Shown: piece by piece, positions 44,870 to 57,319 of the stretch
Numbering within the stretch: position 1 is the first letter of the stretch
Layout: every line of letters starts with the position of its first letter
Assembly (NCBI RefSeq): GCF_009914755.1
Contig: NC_060933.1
Source: the human T2T-CHM13v2.0 reference genome, Homo sapiens
Direction: 5' to 3' (one strand)
Length of the DNA: 64,000 bases
Notes under the pieces: generated by a model
The model's database searches: none
Seen by the model: the letters and a program-made list of their open reading frames with translations, nothing else
What the model was told of the DNA's origin: nothing
Position numbers and translations under genes: made by a program

Positions 44870-47800
44870 GTAAGTGAGTTTTATTCATGGTAACCCAATG
44901 CACTGGGTGTCTGCAGCATGAGCCACTGCTTTGCACTGCAGGCCTATGGCTTGCTGCTTTCATGCTAAACCCACTCAGAGCTTATGAACCACTTTGAGCT
45001 TGTCTTGATGATTATTTTTCCCCAGAAGAAAATGGCTCTCATCGTCAGTGAGCTGAACTTCTTACACTGAGTTTTTTAAAGGGAATGTTTTGTTCTTATG
45101 TCTGAAAGAGTTTGTCTTATTCTTTGAGCCAAGAGCTTTCATCAGCCTCATGAGAGTGATGTTATTTTGGCAATGCAGAGAGCTACGTGCTCCGATTTTG
45201 CTGGTGGGAGGTTGCCAGGATCCTTTCTGAGGATTCCTTCCATTTTCACCCCTCTTTTCCCCAGTCTGGATATGACCTGGGTTAAACCCACCCCCTCTCC
45301 CAGGAATCTCAACCTCACGGTTGGGTAAGGAAAGGAGAAAGGTTTGTGAGGCCATTTGGGGATAAGGAAACAGCTGGTTGGTGGTGCATTAACGTCTTTC
45401 AGCAGCTCCCTTCGAGTTTCTCCTTAGCCTGTTGTATTCTTACCAACACACTCCTGTTCTGTTGTACCAGCTGGGACAGAGCATGCTGAAGCCTTTCAGC
45501 CCTGATTTCATTGCTTCATTGTTCATGTGTCTGTCTTTGGTTTCCTGGGTGGAGCCTGCCCACAAAACCCCCAGAATGTATGCAGGCCTAGCTGGTGCTT
45601 TCCTAAACGGCTCCCTTGTCTGCACTCAATGAACTTCTCCAAAGATCTATACATGGCCTCATCTATAGAAAGAGAAATGACATGTGGAAATAATTCAGTA
45701 GGAGTTTGCAGCAGCACTATCTGAGGACTAGGGGAATTTTAAGTGGTTGTTATCTTACATTTATACTCATAACTTCTATATTTTCATCTGCCATAAAATA
45801 TTGTCATGTTCTATTTGTCCATTGCCCTATGTGTGTATGTATTCACTTGGGTGCTGACCACAATATTTCTAACTGTAGAATGCAAGGAATTGTTGCCAAA
45901 AGAAAAAGACAGAGGGAGGGAAGAAGATGGCCAGGGGAGTGAGGGAGAAAGAGAAAACAGGAGATGGAGAAGAAGAAAGATAGAAAGAAAAATAAATGTG
46001 GGAGGGAAGGGAGCTTCATGGTAAAGGAGGAGGTATGTCCAACAGAACTTCGACTTTTAAATAGAACCACTTCAGAGAGTTGTGTCAGGTGCACCTCAGT
46101 TGTCTTATCTTCTGCCATTCTTCTTTTACCTCTCACACCCATACCTCAGGGTTCAAGGCCTGGGGCCTGAGGACTCCTTAATAACTTCAGAAATGAGCAG
46201 CTGAGTGTTCCGTTCCAGCTGTCTTTGGGAGAATGGAATGGAGTCACACTCAAAGATAGAGTGGAAATAAATCCTCTCCTCATCCTTCACCCCAATCTTA
46301 AGAGTGAGTGAGGATATCAGTAGCTCCGAGCTGGGAGGTAAAGCTCAAGTTCTAACTGTGATTAGGAGACCTTTCTTACAAATAAGAATTAAGTGAATAA
46401 ATGTGCAAACAATTTCTTTTATATTTTTAATGAACCAGAGAGAAATCATGGTTGCCTATATAACCCTTGTCTCCAACTCACTTGCATTCAGATCTGCTTT
46501 CTTACATGTGTCTGCCATGCACACAAACTTGTGTGCCATGGAAAAGGGTTGAGAACTGCTGGTGATGCAGACAGAGCTTTAAACCAGGGTCAGAGGGCTA
46601 GGCTGGGACCTTGTGCTGCCATTTGTTGGCTTTCTGACCTTGTACAAATTGCCTATCTTCTTTGAGATGGTCTTTCTATCTGTAAAAGGGGAAGCAGCAA
46701 GAGAAGGAACATTTTACAGCTTATTGGCCGAACTTCACTGCCGCTAGTGTGGTTCAACTTGGACTACAGAGAAATCTTCCTAACTGGTTTCCCTGTATTC
46801 ACTCCTGCTACCTCCAACTTGGTCTGTTCTCACTTTTTGCTATAATAGGCTTTTAAAAATCATAAATCTACCATGTGTCCTCTGTCCAGACCTTCTCCAT
46901 GGCTTCTTATTGCTCACTGGATGAAGTTCCAACGAGCCCAGGATGGTTTGACTCATGTCTCCAGCTTTAACTGCATCACCATCACCTTCATTGTCTAAAG
47001 CTCTAACCACACAGGATTTTCTAGTCCTCAGAGGCATGGCAGTCTTTCAATTCCGAGTTTTCTCATACAATATTGTCTCTTCTTAAAATATTTTTTCTTG
47101 TTGTCCACCTGAGTTGGAGTCATCTTTTAAATCTCAGCTAAGCTTATACTTCATCAAGTCTTTCCTAATTCTACCTCCACGCACCACACCCATTACATTA
47201 AATCCCCTTATTATATGTTTCCATAGCACCTACTTCTTCTTTCAGTATACTCAGCACACAATCACATGTCTAGGATCTGTTTTAATAGCTTGGACTACCA
47301 ATTAAATTGCATCCCTTTTAATTTTCCAATTGATTCCTCAAGTACCCACATGCCCATCTTAGCAAGAAGTTCAGTGTCTCCCTCTTATAGCATGTACTTC
47401 TCCACCTCCCACAAACTGCCAGAAAGCTTACTTAGCCCACAGGGCCAGTGCTAGGCAGCTAGGTTAGTCCTCCAGAGGGCCCTGGTTTTGAGCAGTTGCT
47501 GTCTACTCCGGCCATGCAGAATCTCTGGTCCTTCCAGATGTCTCCATCCACTGTGCAAAGGTAACCTTGCTGGTTCCGATCCCCACACAGACCACAGTGC
47601 TACAAGATTACAGTTCTTATGGTTCCCCAACACATGCTCTGTCATTGGTCCCAAAGCAGGACCCCTATGGGTTGATGAGGTAGGAGGAGGTCCCTGCCTT
47701 AGCCACAGCTGCACACAGCCAGCCTCTTCCCTTCTAGGCCCTCATGTTGAGCCTGGGACGCCAGTCCTAACTTCCTTCTCTTCAGTTCCTCTTAGGGCCA

Positions 47801-49326
47801 TTGGTATCCTGAATTTCTTAGTCCATTGCAAAGTTAAGTAAAGAAGCAGCAGGCTTGGTCCCTTTCCTTCCAGATGGCTTCTTAGCTCCTGAACAGATTT
47901 ACCCACCTATACCTCAGTGACTAGCTCTGTGTACTAAAGTGTATTGGGAGGGCAGCCATTATTGGTCCATAAAAGGTCCTGCTTACCATTTTCCCCTAAG
48001 AGGAACCATTCAACAGTTTGGGGCTCGAGGGTGACCTGCTGGGCTCTAGAGAAGAAGCTGGCAACTTCTGTTGCAAAATAATGTTAAATTCTGCTTCATC
48101 TGCTTGTCTTTACGTTTCAAGAATACAGTAACTGTGTTTCTCTGATTCACCAATATATGCCCAGTGTCTAAAAAATTACCTGGCATATAATAAATGTTCA
48201 ATGAAATTTTAAACATTGAACCTACTATATGCAGGTGAGTATGCTAGATCTGCTCTGTCCAATATAATAGCCATCTGTGGCTCTTTTTAAGTTAAATAAA
48301 AATTCATCAGTCACATCTTAAGTATTCACACACTGTAAGTGCTCAATAGCCATGTACAGATAATTGCTCCTGTATTGGACAGTACAGATATACAACATTT
48401 CCATCATTGCAGAAAGTTCTACTGAAAACCACTGTGCTAGACCCTTTACAAACTTCTCATTTAATTTCACAAAAATTGCTTGTGGCAAGGAGAAGTGTCT
48501 TTATGCTGGAGTTAAGAAAGTGAGGCTCAGAAAAGTTATATGACTTCCCAAAGTCATACAGCTGGGATTTGAATACAGGTCTGTTTGACTCCAAAACTTG
48601 TGGCCTATTTGTTGCAAAAGTGCTTAATACAAATTGGTTCAGTCAATATTATTATCTTTGAACAATGGAAGGAGAAAGTAAGTTTCAATCCAAAATAATT
48701 GAGTGACTTATACATTGACTTGCTGAGCCAATGGCAAAGTCAAGTTAGAATCCAGCAGAAGTCACCAGCTACAGAATCTAGATCTTTAGAACATGTCTTC
48801 AGATCTTCAGAACAGTGTTTCTTAAACTCTCTTGTGAAGGAACAGTTATCATCATAGGCTGGTAACAGTTCACCTACCAGCACCAGCCCATGAACCAGAC
48901 TCTAAGTGGCACAGCCCTAGAAGATTGAGCCAGAATTTTACAGAGGTTTAAAGACCAAATATGCTGGTTTATGGTTACCTGTGGCCCACAGAGAATGGCA
49001 GCACTAACCTCAGGCATAAATGAGGTACCCACTGAAGCCAACATTCAAGAGCAATTCCTATGGGTTAACCATTGGGCTCCTTTCAAATGCAAACCCTCAT
49101 GAAAGAGACTACAGTGCTGAATAGAGACCTCCAAATTCCAGGCCAAGCTCAGGATAGTCATGAGGGAATTACTAAAAACCTGGTATATAGGGCAAAAGCA
49201 GAATTAGGAATGGACTGATTTCAGGAACCCAGGCAATGGCAGGAGTTGGGCATTAAATCCTAAAAGAGAATCAGAGTGGGAGGGAATATGTGAAATCAGA
49301 GGTTAAGAAAAAAGTGAAAACCTATT

Positions 49327-49772
49327 CATGATTGCAAAGATATGAAACCAACCTAAGATCCCATTGACGAATAAGTGGATAAAGAAAATGTGGTATATAT
49401 ACACCATGGAATACTACTCAGCCATGAAAAAGAATGAGATAATGTGTTTTGCAACAACTTGGATGGAACTGGAGGTCATTATTCCAAGTGAAGTAACTCA
49501 GGAATGGAAAACCAAATACCATATATTCTCACTTGTAAGTGGGAGCTAAGCTATGGATATGCAAAGGCATACAGAGTGGTATAATGGGCATGGGAGACTC
49601 AGAAGGAGAGAGTAGGGAGTGGCAGTGAGGAATAAAAAAGCTGCATATTGAGTTCAATGTACACTATTTGGGTGACGGGTGCACTAAAATTCAGACTTCA
49701 CCAGTATACAATTCATCCATGTAACCAAAAACCACCTGTACCCCTAAACCTATTGATATAAAAAAAAATTAA
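49327..49772 (+). mobile_element. L1PB/L1MA 3' end
   Basis: Encodes [20 protein letters not shown]...FSLVSGS, then 3' UTR and A tail. Confidence 0.9.
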
Positions 49773-50277
49773 AAGAAAGATGTGAAATCAAGGAAACTTA
49801 CTGGTGAGCAGCATCCCATTATGTGAACTTGTGCTTCTGAACCAGTAACTTGAGTTACTTTGAGCCAGTATCAGTCACTTATACCTTAGTGCAAAATTAA
49901 TTGATCAGACATTCTGACCTGGACCAGGGAAGGCAGGCAGAAGTAGCAGTCAAGACTAAAGCAGAAAAGGGAGAGCTAATTCTGCAGCCAGACATTTCCT
50001 GGATTGAATACCCAAATTAGTCCCTCAGCCTTTAAGTGCCTGAGGGCCAGGAGTAGACAGAGGAATGGAAAGTGTGAGACTTCTTTGTTCACACTCTTTG
50101 CCTAGGGGCCAGATTTTGCTTTATGCATTACCATCCGAAGTCCCAGGCCACAGTGAACATTTGGGCTTCGCTATGTGGATTTATTTAGATTTACTTTTTG
50201 TCCTGCCATATTTTAATCTATAAGCCAAACAGTTTTCTCATTAATCTTATTCCATTTCTGGAATTTTTCCTTTTCAG

Positions 50278-50327
50278 ACACAACAAAAAGACCTGTCACC
50301 ACAACAAAGAGGGAAGTGAACAGTGCT
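50278..50327 (+). CDS. PDCD1LG2: PD-L2 exon 6: cytoplasmic tail DTTKRPVTTTKREVNSA
   Basis: Acceptor ccttttcag|AC ACA ACA AAA AGA; donor GCT|gtgagt; 50 nt. Confidence 0.96.
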
Positions 50328-50849
50328 GTGAGTAAGCATGATTTTTACTTTTCTTTCTTACTTTCTTTTCTCTCTCAGCTTGAATTTTAAAGTAACCACT
50401 GTTCTATTAATTCATGGAAGGCAACTGAATAGTTCCAGCTTATAGAATCTTCCTGTTTGGTAGCATTTCAGCGAAGCCTCGTTCTTAGCCCCAGAACAAT
50501 CATGCCATCTTTTGCTCGGTCTATATTCCTAAGCACTCCTAGATGATACTGCACTGGACCTCTGGTCTCACATAGTTAGAAACAGAGTTAAAATCGAACA
50601 GCAAAGAGAAGATATTCAACTGCGATGCAATTGACAATGGATGTTTTTGCAACAAACAATGATTAAGAAGTACATTGTTGTGGGCTCTGAGTCAAGAGTA
50701 ATATGGGAAAAACACAAGTCTCTTCATGAGGTTGACAGGTTTGGAGCTGGAATCTGTGGAGGAGGAAGGATATGATCTAGGGGTCAGAAGAAGTGGGTTA
50801 CTAAAATCATTAAGCCTGGTTGGATGAAAAGCTTAGACTCAGGGGAAGC

Positions 50850-51167
50850 AGCACATGATTGTGGGGGCTGGCAAGTTTGAAATGTGTAGGGCAGGCCAGC
50901 AGTCTGGAAACCCAGGCAGGATTTCTACCTTACAGTCTTGAGGCAGAATTCCATCTTTTCTGGGAAACCTCAGTTTTTTGCTCTTAAGGCCCTCAACTGA
51001 TTGAATGAAGCCAACCTACATCATGGGAGATAATCAGCTTTACTTCAAGTTAACTGATAGCAAATGATAATTACATCTACAAAATACTTTCACAGCAACA
51101 TATAGACTAGCATTTGACTAAGCAACTGAGCACCATAGCCAAGATGACACATAAAATTAATCATCAC
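50850..51167 (-). mobile_element. MLT2-type ERVL LTR fragment
   Basis: gggctggcaagt...gacacataaaattaatcatcaca terminus. Confidence 0.7.
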
Positions 51168-52306
51168 AGGCACCAAGAGATGAGGGGGGCAGTCTTGGCC
51201 ATATATTTGGCTGAAGTAAGTCAATTTGTCATTCCTGCATGAGCCTTTATAAACAGAAGTAAGTAACCAACTACTATTTGGTCATTGGAGTTGTCCAAGA
51301 GGCCAGGGTTCTGTCTAATACCTGTTCATGCATGAACATGCCAACCTAGATTGCATGCAGACTACCAGTTTTGGGTTTTTGTTTAGTTCAGCAGGATTTT
51401 TCTCAGCTCACTGCCTCTCAAACTTTCAGCAACAAAAGGACATCTGTGATATCAGAATCTACCACTCTAAGTATTTGGATGCAATAGCAATGAATATCTG
51501 AGTAAATCTAGGTGGGGAGTGGGGGCACCCTGTAGCCAAAATGATTTAACAAAATCAAACCAAAATTTTGGAAATGATGCCTTGGTACAATGAAGAGACT
51601 ACTTGAGGTAGGTTTGACTTATCTAATATCTTATTTTCTTTACCAATACCTAATGAGGAATTTAAATATTTCTAGATAGCTTTGGAAAGGTCCCTTAAAG
51701 AGGCACCAGCATACCACTGCCAGATCTAATCCCCCCAAACACTGTTTTCATCATCATCATGTCATCTCTTGTCTCTATAGATCATATCAAATCCTTCCCA
51801 GAGTTTTTCAGGCCTTTTGACAACTAGCCACATTTCACTAAGCCAACTCATCTACCACTCTTCAACAAAACTTTTCCTCAAGTTGAGCTGCTCCACCAAC
51901 ACCACTGCCATGAGCTCATTCCCACTTCTGTGGCTTTGCTCATGTTGGTTATTTTTTTGGAGTGTCCTCCCTATTCCTTCTTACTTGTCCCAATCCCAAC
52001 TTTTGGCATGGTCTACTTTAAGATACAGTAATGAGTAACTTTATTATTATAACACCAGGCTTCTGTTCTAAGACATTAGAAGTGTGTTTAGACTAGCTCA
52101 TTTAATCCTCACAGTAGCCCTCTGAAGTACTTACTCCCTGCTTCCCATTTTATAGGTGAGGAAGAAAAACATGAAGAGGTTAACTAACTTGCCCAAGGTA
52201 TATAGCTAATAATATAAGGGCCAATAAATTGATTCAGCAATCCAGGTGTCCAAGTCCAGAATCCACACCCATACACTACACTCTGCTTTTTTAAAATTTA
52301 ATTCAA

Positions 52307-52599
52307 TTTTTTTTTAGAGACAGAGTCTTGCTCTATCACCCAGGTTGGAGTGCAGTGGTATGACCGTGGCTCACTGCAGCCTCAACTTTTGGACTCAAGC
52401 TATCTTCCCACCTCAGCCTCCTGAGTAGCTGGGACTACAGGTGCATGCCACCGTACCTGGATTTTTTATTTTTATTTTTTGTAGAACTGGGGTCTCACTA
52501 TGTTGCCCAGGATGGTCTCAAACTCCTCGGCTCAAGCAATCCTCCTGCCTTGGCCTCCCAAAGTGCTGGGATTCCAGGCGTAAGCCACTGTGCCCAGCC
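52307..52599 (-). mobile_element. AluJ
   Basis: Diverged antisense Alu dimer. Confidence 0.9.
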
Positions 52600-53419
52600 T
52601 ACATACACAACACTCTCTTGCTTAATCTGTAAGACTCTCTCCCCCACTCATACCTTTTTATTTTTCCTCTGCATTGTACACACAATCTATACCACTCTTA
52701 AGCACATGATTACAGCGTTATTTTCTGGCTGCTTCTATGTGTCTATATTTTAGGTCCACCTGGTCAATATAATAAAGTGGGATATTAGTGTTAATGCAAC
52801 TATATGGTATTTGATATTTGTCTTTCTGTCCGTTTATCAATGTTTCTTATAGTTTATTATATAATAAATTTAAAAGGTGTCTGATTTTGACCAAATTTGA
52901 CTAAATACTAAAAAACAATATTAAAATAAATTTTGTTTAATTTTAGTTGAGTCTATCAACTCAAAAAAGAATAACCTACAACAATAACAAGTTTCAGAAC
53001 ATTTTTTAAATTACTGATTTTATGAGTATAAAAATAAAAAATAAAAAAGTATAAAGAAAACAAAAATAATTTAGAATCCATTGCCTAGAAATTGCCATGG
53101 TTAAGATTTTAATATTGCTCAGGCCCAGACAGCTCAGGGCTTTGACATTCCCACACCCATTCTCTGCCATCCCAGTTCTATCTCATCCCAAAACCATCCA
53201 TTATGAGGAGAGTGTACAGCTCTAGGCTGCCCGGGAGCCATCCCGCACTCTCATTTTGTGACTCGGCATCTTGGGAGATGGAGTCTTGGGACTTAGCCTG
53301 GACATGTCCCTTGCATGTACTTCTTACAAGACTTTTATTCAGATGAATATTTTCCCTTCCAACTTAAGAAGCACAGGGCTTGCTGGTTTTGCTTCACTAA
53401 CCAGCAACTGAAGCAAGAC

Positions 53420-53845
53420 CTGACTTGTGAAAATGCCTAATAGAGTTCAGTATTAGCGCTGTTTCACCATTTCCTGGATCTCTTGCCTTTGTGCACATGA
53501 TAGAATTGCACTTCTCTGTGATTAATTTGTAGTTAAGTGTGGTCATGTAACTCGCTTTGGTCAATTAAATGTAAGCATAAGTGATGCGTGTTATTTCTGG
53601 GTAGAAGATGTAAGAGTTGGCATATGCTTTGCCATATTTTCTTTATCCATCTGGCATGGTAACCAGTAACATTCTAGGTAGTAATTGCTCCATCAGTCTC
53701 AGTCTCTGAGTGACTAAAATTGACAGAGTCCCCTGCTGACCCTCAATGTACATGGAACATGAACAAGAATAAGCTTTTGTTTTTTATATTGAGATTTTGG
53801 AGTTGTTTGTTCCTACAGCATTACCTAGTTTACTCTAATACAACA
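53420..53845 (+). mobile_element. MLT1 (MaLR) LTR
   Basis: gaattgcacttc...ggtcatgtaactcgctttggtcaat...ttgtttgttcctacagcattacctag text. Confidence 0.6.
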
Positions 53846-55345
53846 TGGAAAAAACTGGAACCTATAATAAATAGACCCTACGTTGCCATTTAAACTTCTA
53901 GTTCTGAGGAATAATAATGTGGGGAAATACTTTCTATATAATAAAAAAATAGAAAATTGCAAAATAAAAATATACTTATGTATCATTCATGTCCTATTAA
54001 AAATGTTATTTATAGACTCACCATATTCCCTTCCTCCAGAAAAATAGAAGTAAAAATATGAAAATGCCTGTAATCATGTTTTTGGATTATGGAATCAAGT
54101 ATTGCTTTTTACTTTTATGTTTTCTGAATTTTTGTTGTACTTCACTACATTTTTGAGTGCCCTGATGTATTACTTTCAAAAAGAAGAAGAATACTTTCTG
54201 AAGCCATTTCAACCATCCCCACTCACCTCTCTAGATCCCAGTAACCAAATACATTATATAGGACTCTTCATCAGTCCTTATCAAGTTTAGGAAGGGCGAT
54301 GCTATACCTTCTTTAAAGGACACCTACCAATGTCTTAGTTGCCTTTCAAAGACTCCTAGCACAGCTAAATGTGATGGATATGCTCTAAGGATATAAGAGC
54401 TGAAGTGACTTGCATAAGGTCATATCATAACTTACTGTTAGAAATGGAGCTAGAACTCAGACCCACTGAGTCCTTGTCTGTGACACACTGCCCTTTCCAT
54501 TTGTGGAAGTTGTTCTTGTATCTAACTTTATCTGTGCTACTATTTGGGCCTAGCCATTCTCCCTCTTATGCAGACAAGCAGATAAACAGTAAAACTTTAG
54601 GAGTGGATTATGATACCATAGATATATATCATCTATCCTTTACAAAATAGTTATTACAGTCATCAAGCCTTGGTTAGAGTTTACAGACCATGTATCCTAG
54701 CTACCTCATTTCACAGATTATGACATTGGGGGCTAAGAGATATTAAGTGACTTCCTTAAGTGAAACAGTAGCAGACCAAAAGAAGTCATGATTCCCAGCA
54801 TAGTGCTACTCACTCATTTATTCATTCATTCACCCACTCACAAACCTGTATTAAGTTTCTGTTATTTGCAAGACCCTGTCAGTTAGGCCATGTGGGAACT
54901 AGAAGGATGAATTTATCAGTCATCCAAGATTCTTACAATTAAGTATTACCGATAAGGTACTCAAGAAACAGTTCTCATTCACATAATTTGGGTTAAAACA
55001 AAAAGAAGCCAGCTTTCTATATACTTTTGGTCCAGTCTTTACGTTTTTTGTTTTGTTTTGTTTGTTTTCATGAGTATCCCGACTTCCTTCTAAGAACTTC
55101 CACCTGAGAACTGACCACAGCGTCAGCATTCCACATGGGTGTGTTTCCTTTCCCCTTTCCCATTTCAGTGGTTTCCAATTTCTTTTTCTTTTGGCACTAT
55201 AAACCTTTCGCAAAGGAAATATTAGACAGAACTCCTACATGTCAAGCAAATTAAAATAGTGGTGAAATTAGAGTGGAGGACATAATCACCCTATCATATA
55301 GGCTATTTGTCCATATCATATTTGTCCCTACAAAGGCCTCTAAGG

Positions 55346-55690
55346 CAGGGGTCCCCAACCTCTGGGCCGCAGACCGGTACCAGTGGCCTGTTAGGAACTG
55401 AGCCACACAGCAGGAGGTGAGCGGGAGACAAGCGGGCACTACTACCTGAGCTCTACCTCCTGTGAGATCAGCAGCAGCATTAGATTCTCATAGAAGCGTG
55501 AATCCTATTGTGAACTGCACATATGAGGGATCTAGGTTGTGTGCTCCTTATGAAAATCTAATGTCTGACGATCTGAGGTGGAACAGGTTCATCCTGAAAC
55601 TATAGCCTACCCCCACTCCCACACCCAATCCATGGAAAAATTGTCTTCCCTGAAACCAGTCCCTGGTGCCAAAAATGTTGGGGACCACTG
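55346..55690 (+). mobile_element. MER1B hAT-Charlie DNA transposon with TIRs and 8-bp TSD
   Basis: Termini CAGGGGTCCCCAAC / GTTGGGGACCACTG; TSD CTCTAAG(G/A) at 55338-55345 and 55691-55698; 345 bp. Confidence 0.9.
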
Positions 55691-57069
55691 CTCTAAGATA
55701 CCTTGTGCTTCTTGGAACATATTTGGAAAATCATGTAGCTCTCAAATTATCCCTATGTCCTGAAGCCCACCTTACCATCAATCCTCAGAAATACCCAACC
55801 CATGTCAGGCAACTTCACACTTTCTTTCTTCAGGCAGCACAGTTGTCTCAGGGAGGGAGGAGAGTGCTATTAGCAAGAGGAGTCACTAACAGCTTCACTC
55901 ACCTGTGCCCATGAATTTTTAATGGTGTGAAAAGTCTGTGTATTTTTTATGGTTCTCTATGGCTCATATAAGAGGGACAAACAATACATGAAAGTTCAGA
56001 GATGGGGACAAATATCACTTTAAGCTGGGGATAATCAGGGAAGAAGAAAGTTTTCATGGAGAAGGTGACTTTTGAATCAGGAAGAAATGGAAACAGCAAA
56101 CTCTTCTAGATAGAGGAGACACTAACAGGAAAGGCAGAGAGGCAGGAAGGTGTGGGAAAGTGCACGTGACCCCGTTCAGAGAGAAAGCCAGGTGTGAGAT
56201 AAGGGGGAAAGACTGTTAGGGCATGTATTGTAAACCACTAATTCCAGGCAAAAGTTAGATTTTACTTACTAAGCAAGAGTGCTTCAGTTAGATCCTAGCA
56301 GGAAATGGAGGGTATGCTTAGAAGAGGTAACTGAGGCAAGTTTAATTTATAAAGGTGTGTGCAGCATTAAGGGAAACCAGCAAGGGATACTGAGCATGCC
56401 AGGATGCAAGAGCAGGCAGGGAAGGTGACTATTCCTAGGTCTGAAGGAGAAAGGGGAGGGAGCAGTTCCCAGAACCCTAGTAAAAATGGCAATGAGAAAG
56501 GTCCATCTGGCAGGACCTATGGTCTTTAACAGAGGGACAAAGTCAACCCACAACTTGTCTGGGAGGTTGCTGAGGAATAGATACCCCAACCTCTCTCTCA
56601 ACCCACTGCAACACTCTTTTTCCCCTAGACTGAGCCCAGTCAAAGACAGAGGGAGGAGCCCAGTGATGCAGTCTGCAATGTCATCATCCTGGAGCATGAA
56701 TAGAGTGCAGCAGGGTGAATAATGAGTCTGCAGGAATTAATAGAAATATCTGACACAATAGGGAACTATAAGAGGTTTTGAATAGGAGAGGCCCCTGAAA
56801 TGTGCTCCAATATTACTGAACTATGTGTGGCCCAAAGAATGGAAGAGGAACAGCTCTTGCAATAGGTCTGAGGAGAGAAGCTGAAGACTTGGACTAGGGC
56901 AATGGTAAAAACTGTGGAAAGAAGTTTTAAATGAAAAGTTTTAAACCATGCGGCTTCCAGCTAGATGAACTTTTTTAAAAAAATTAGTTCCTCACTCAAA
57001 TTTTGGGGAGGTTATATATTTTCTAATCATAAAAAATGATTTTTCTTATTTGTGGGCTTTTCTCCCCAG

Positions 57070-57075
57070 ATCTGA
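57070..57075 (+). CDS. PDCD1LG2: PD-L2 exon 7 coding part: last codon (Ile) and TGA stop
   Basis: Acceptor ttttctccccag|ATC TGA completes ...REVNSAI*; total CDS 55+306+270+135+50+6 = 822 nt. Confidence 0.93.
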   Translation: M

Positions 57076-57168
57076 ACCTGTGGTCTTGGGAGCCAGGGTG
57101 ACCTGATATGACATCTAAAGAAGCTTCTGGACTCTGAACAAGAATTCGGTGGCCTGCAGAGCTTGCCA

Positions 57169-57319
57169 TTTGCACTTTTCAAATGCCTTTGGATGACCCA
57201 GCACTTTAATCTGAAACCTGCAACAAGACTAGCCAACACCTGGCCATGAAACTTGCCCCTTCACTGATCTGGACTCACCTCTGGAGCCTATGGCTTTAAG
57301 CAAGCACTACTGCACTTTA
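57169..57319 (+). promoter_or_regulatory. Cluster of miR-17/20/93/106 seed matches in the 3' UTR
   Basis: GCACTTT 57172-57178, GCACTTTA 57201-57208, GCACTTTA 57312-57319; overlapping miR-19 match TTTGCAC 57169-57175. Confidence 0.7.

Noticed and set aside
44870-44877. Exon 5 read-through giving a short tail (...SSKGK*)
   Set aside because: The stop is immediate and I found no AATAAA until ~1.1 kb downstream, so there is no support for a distinct transcript end.
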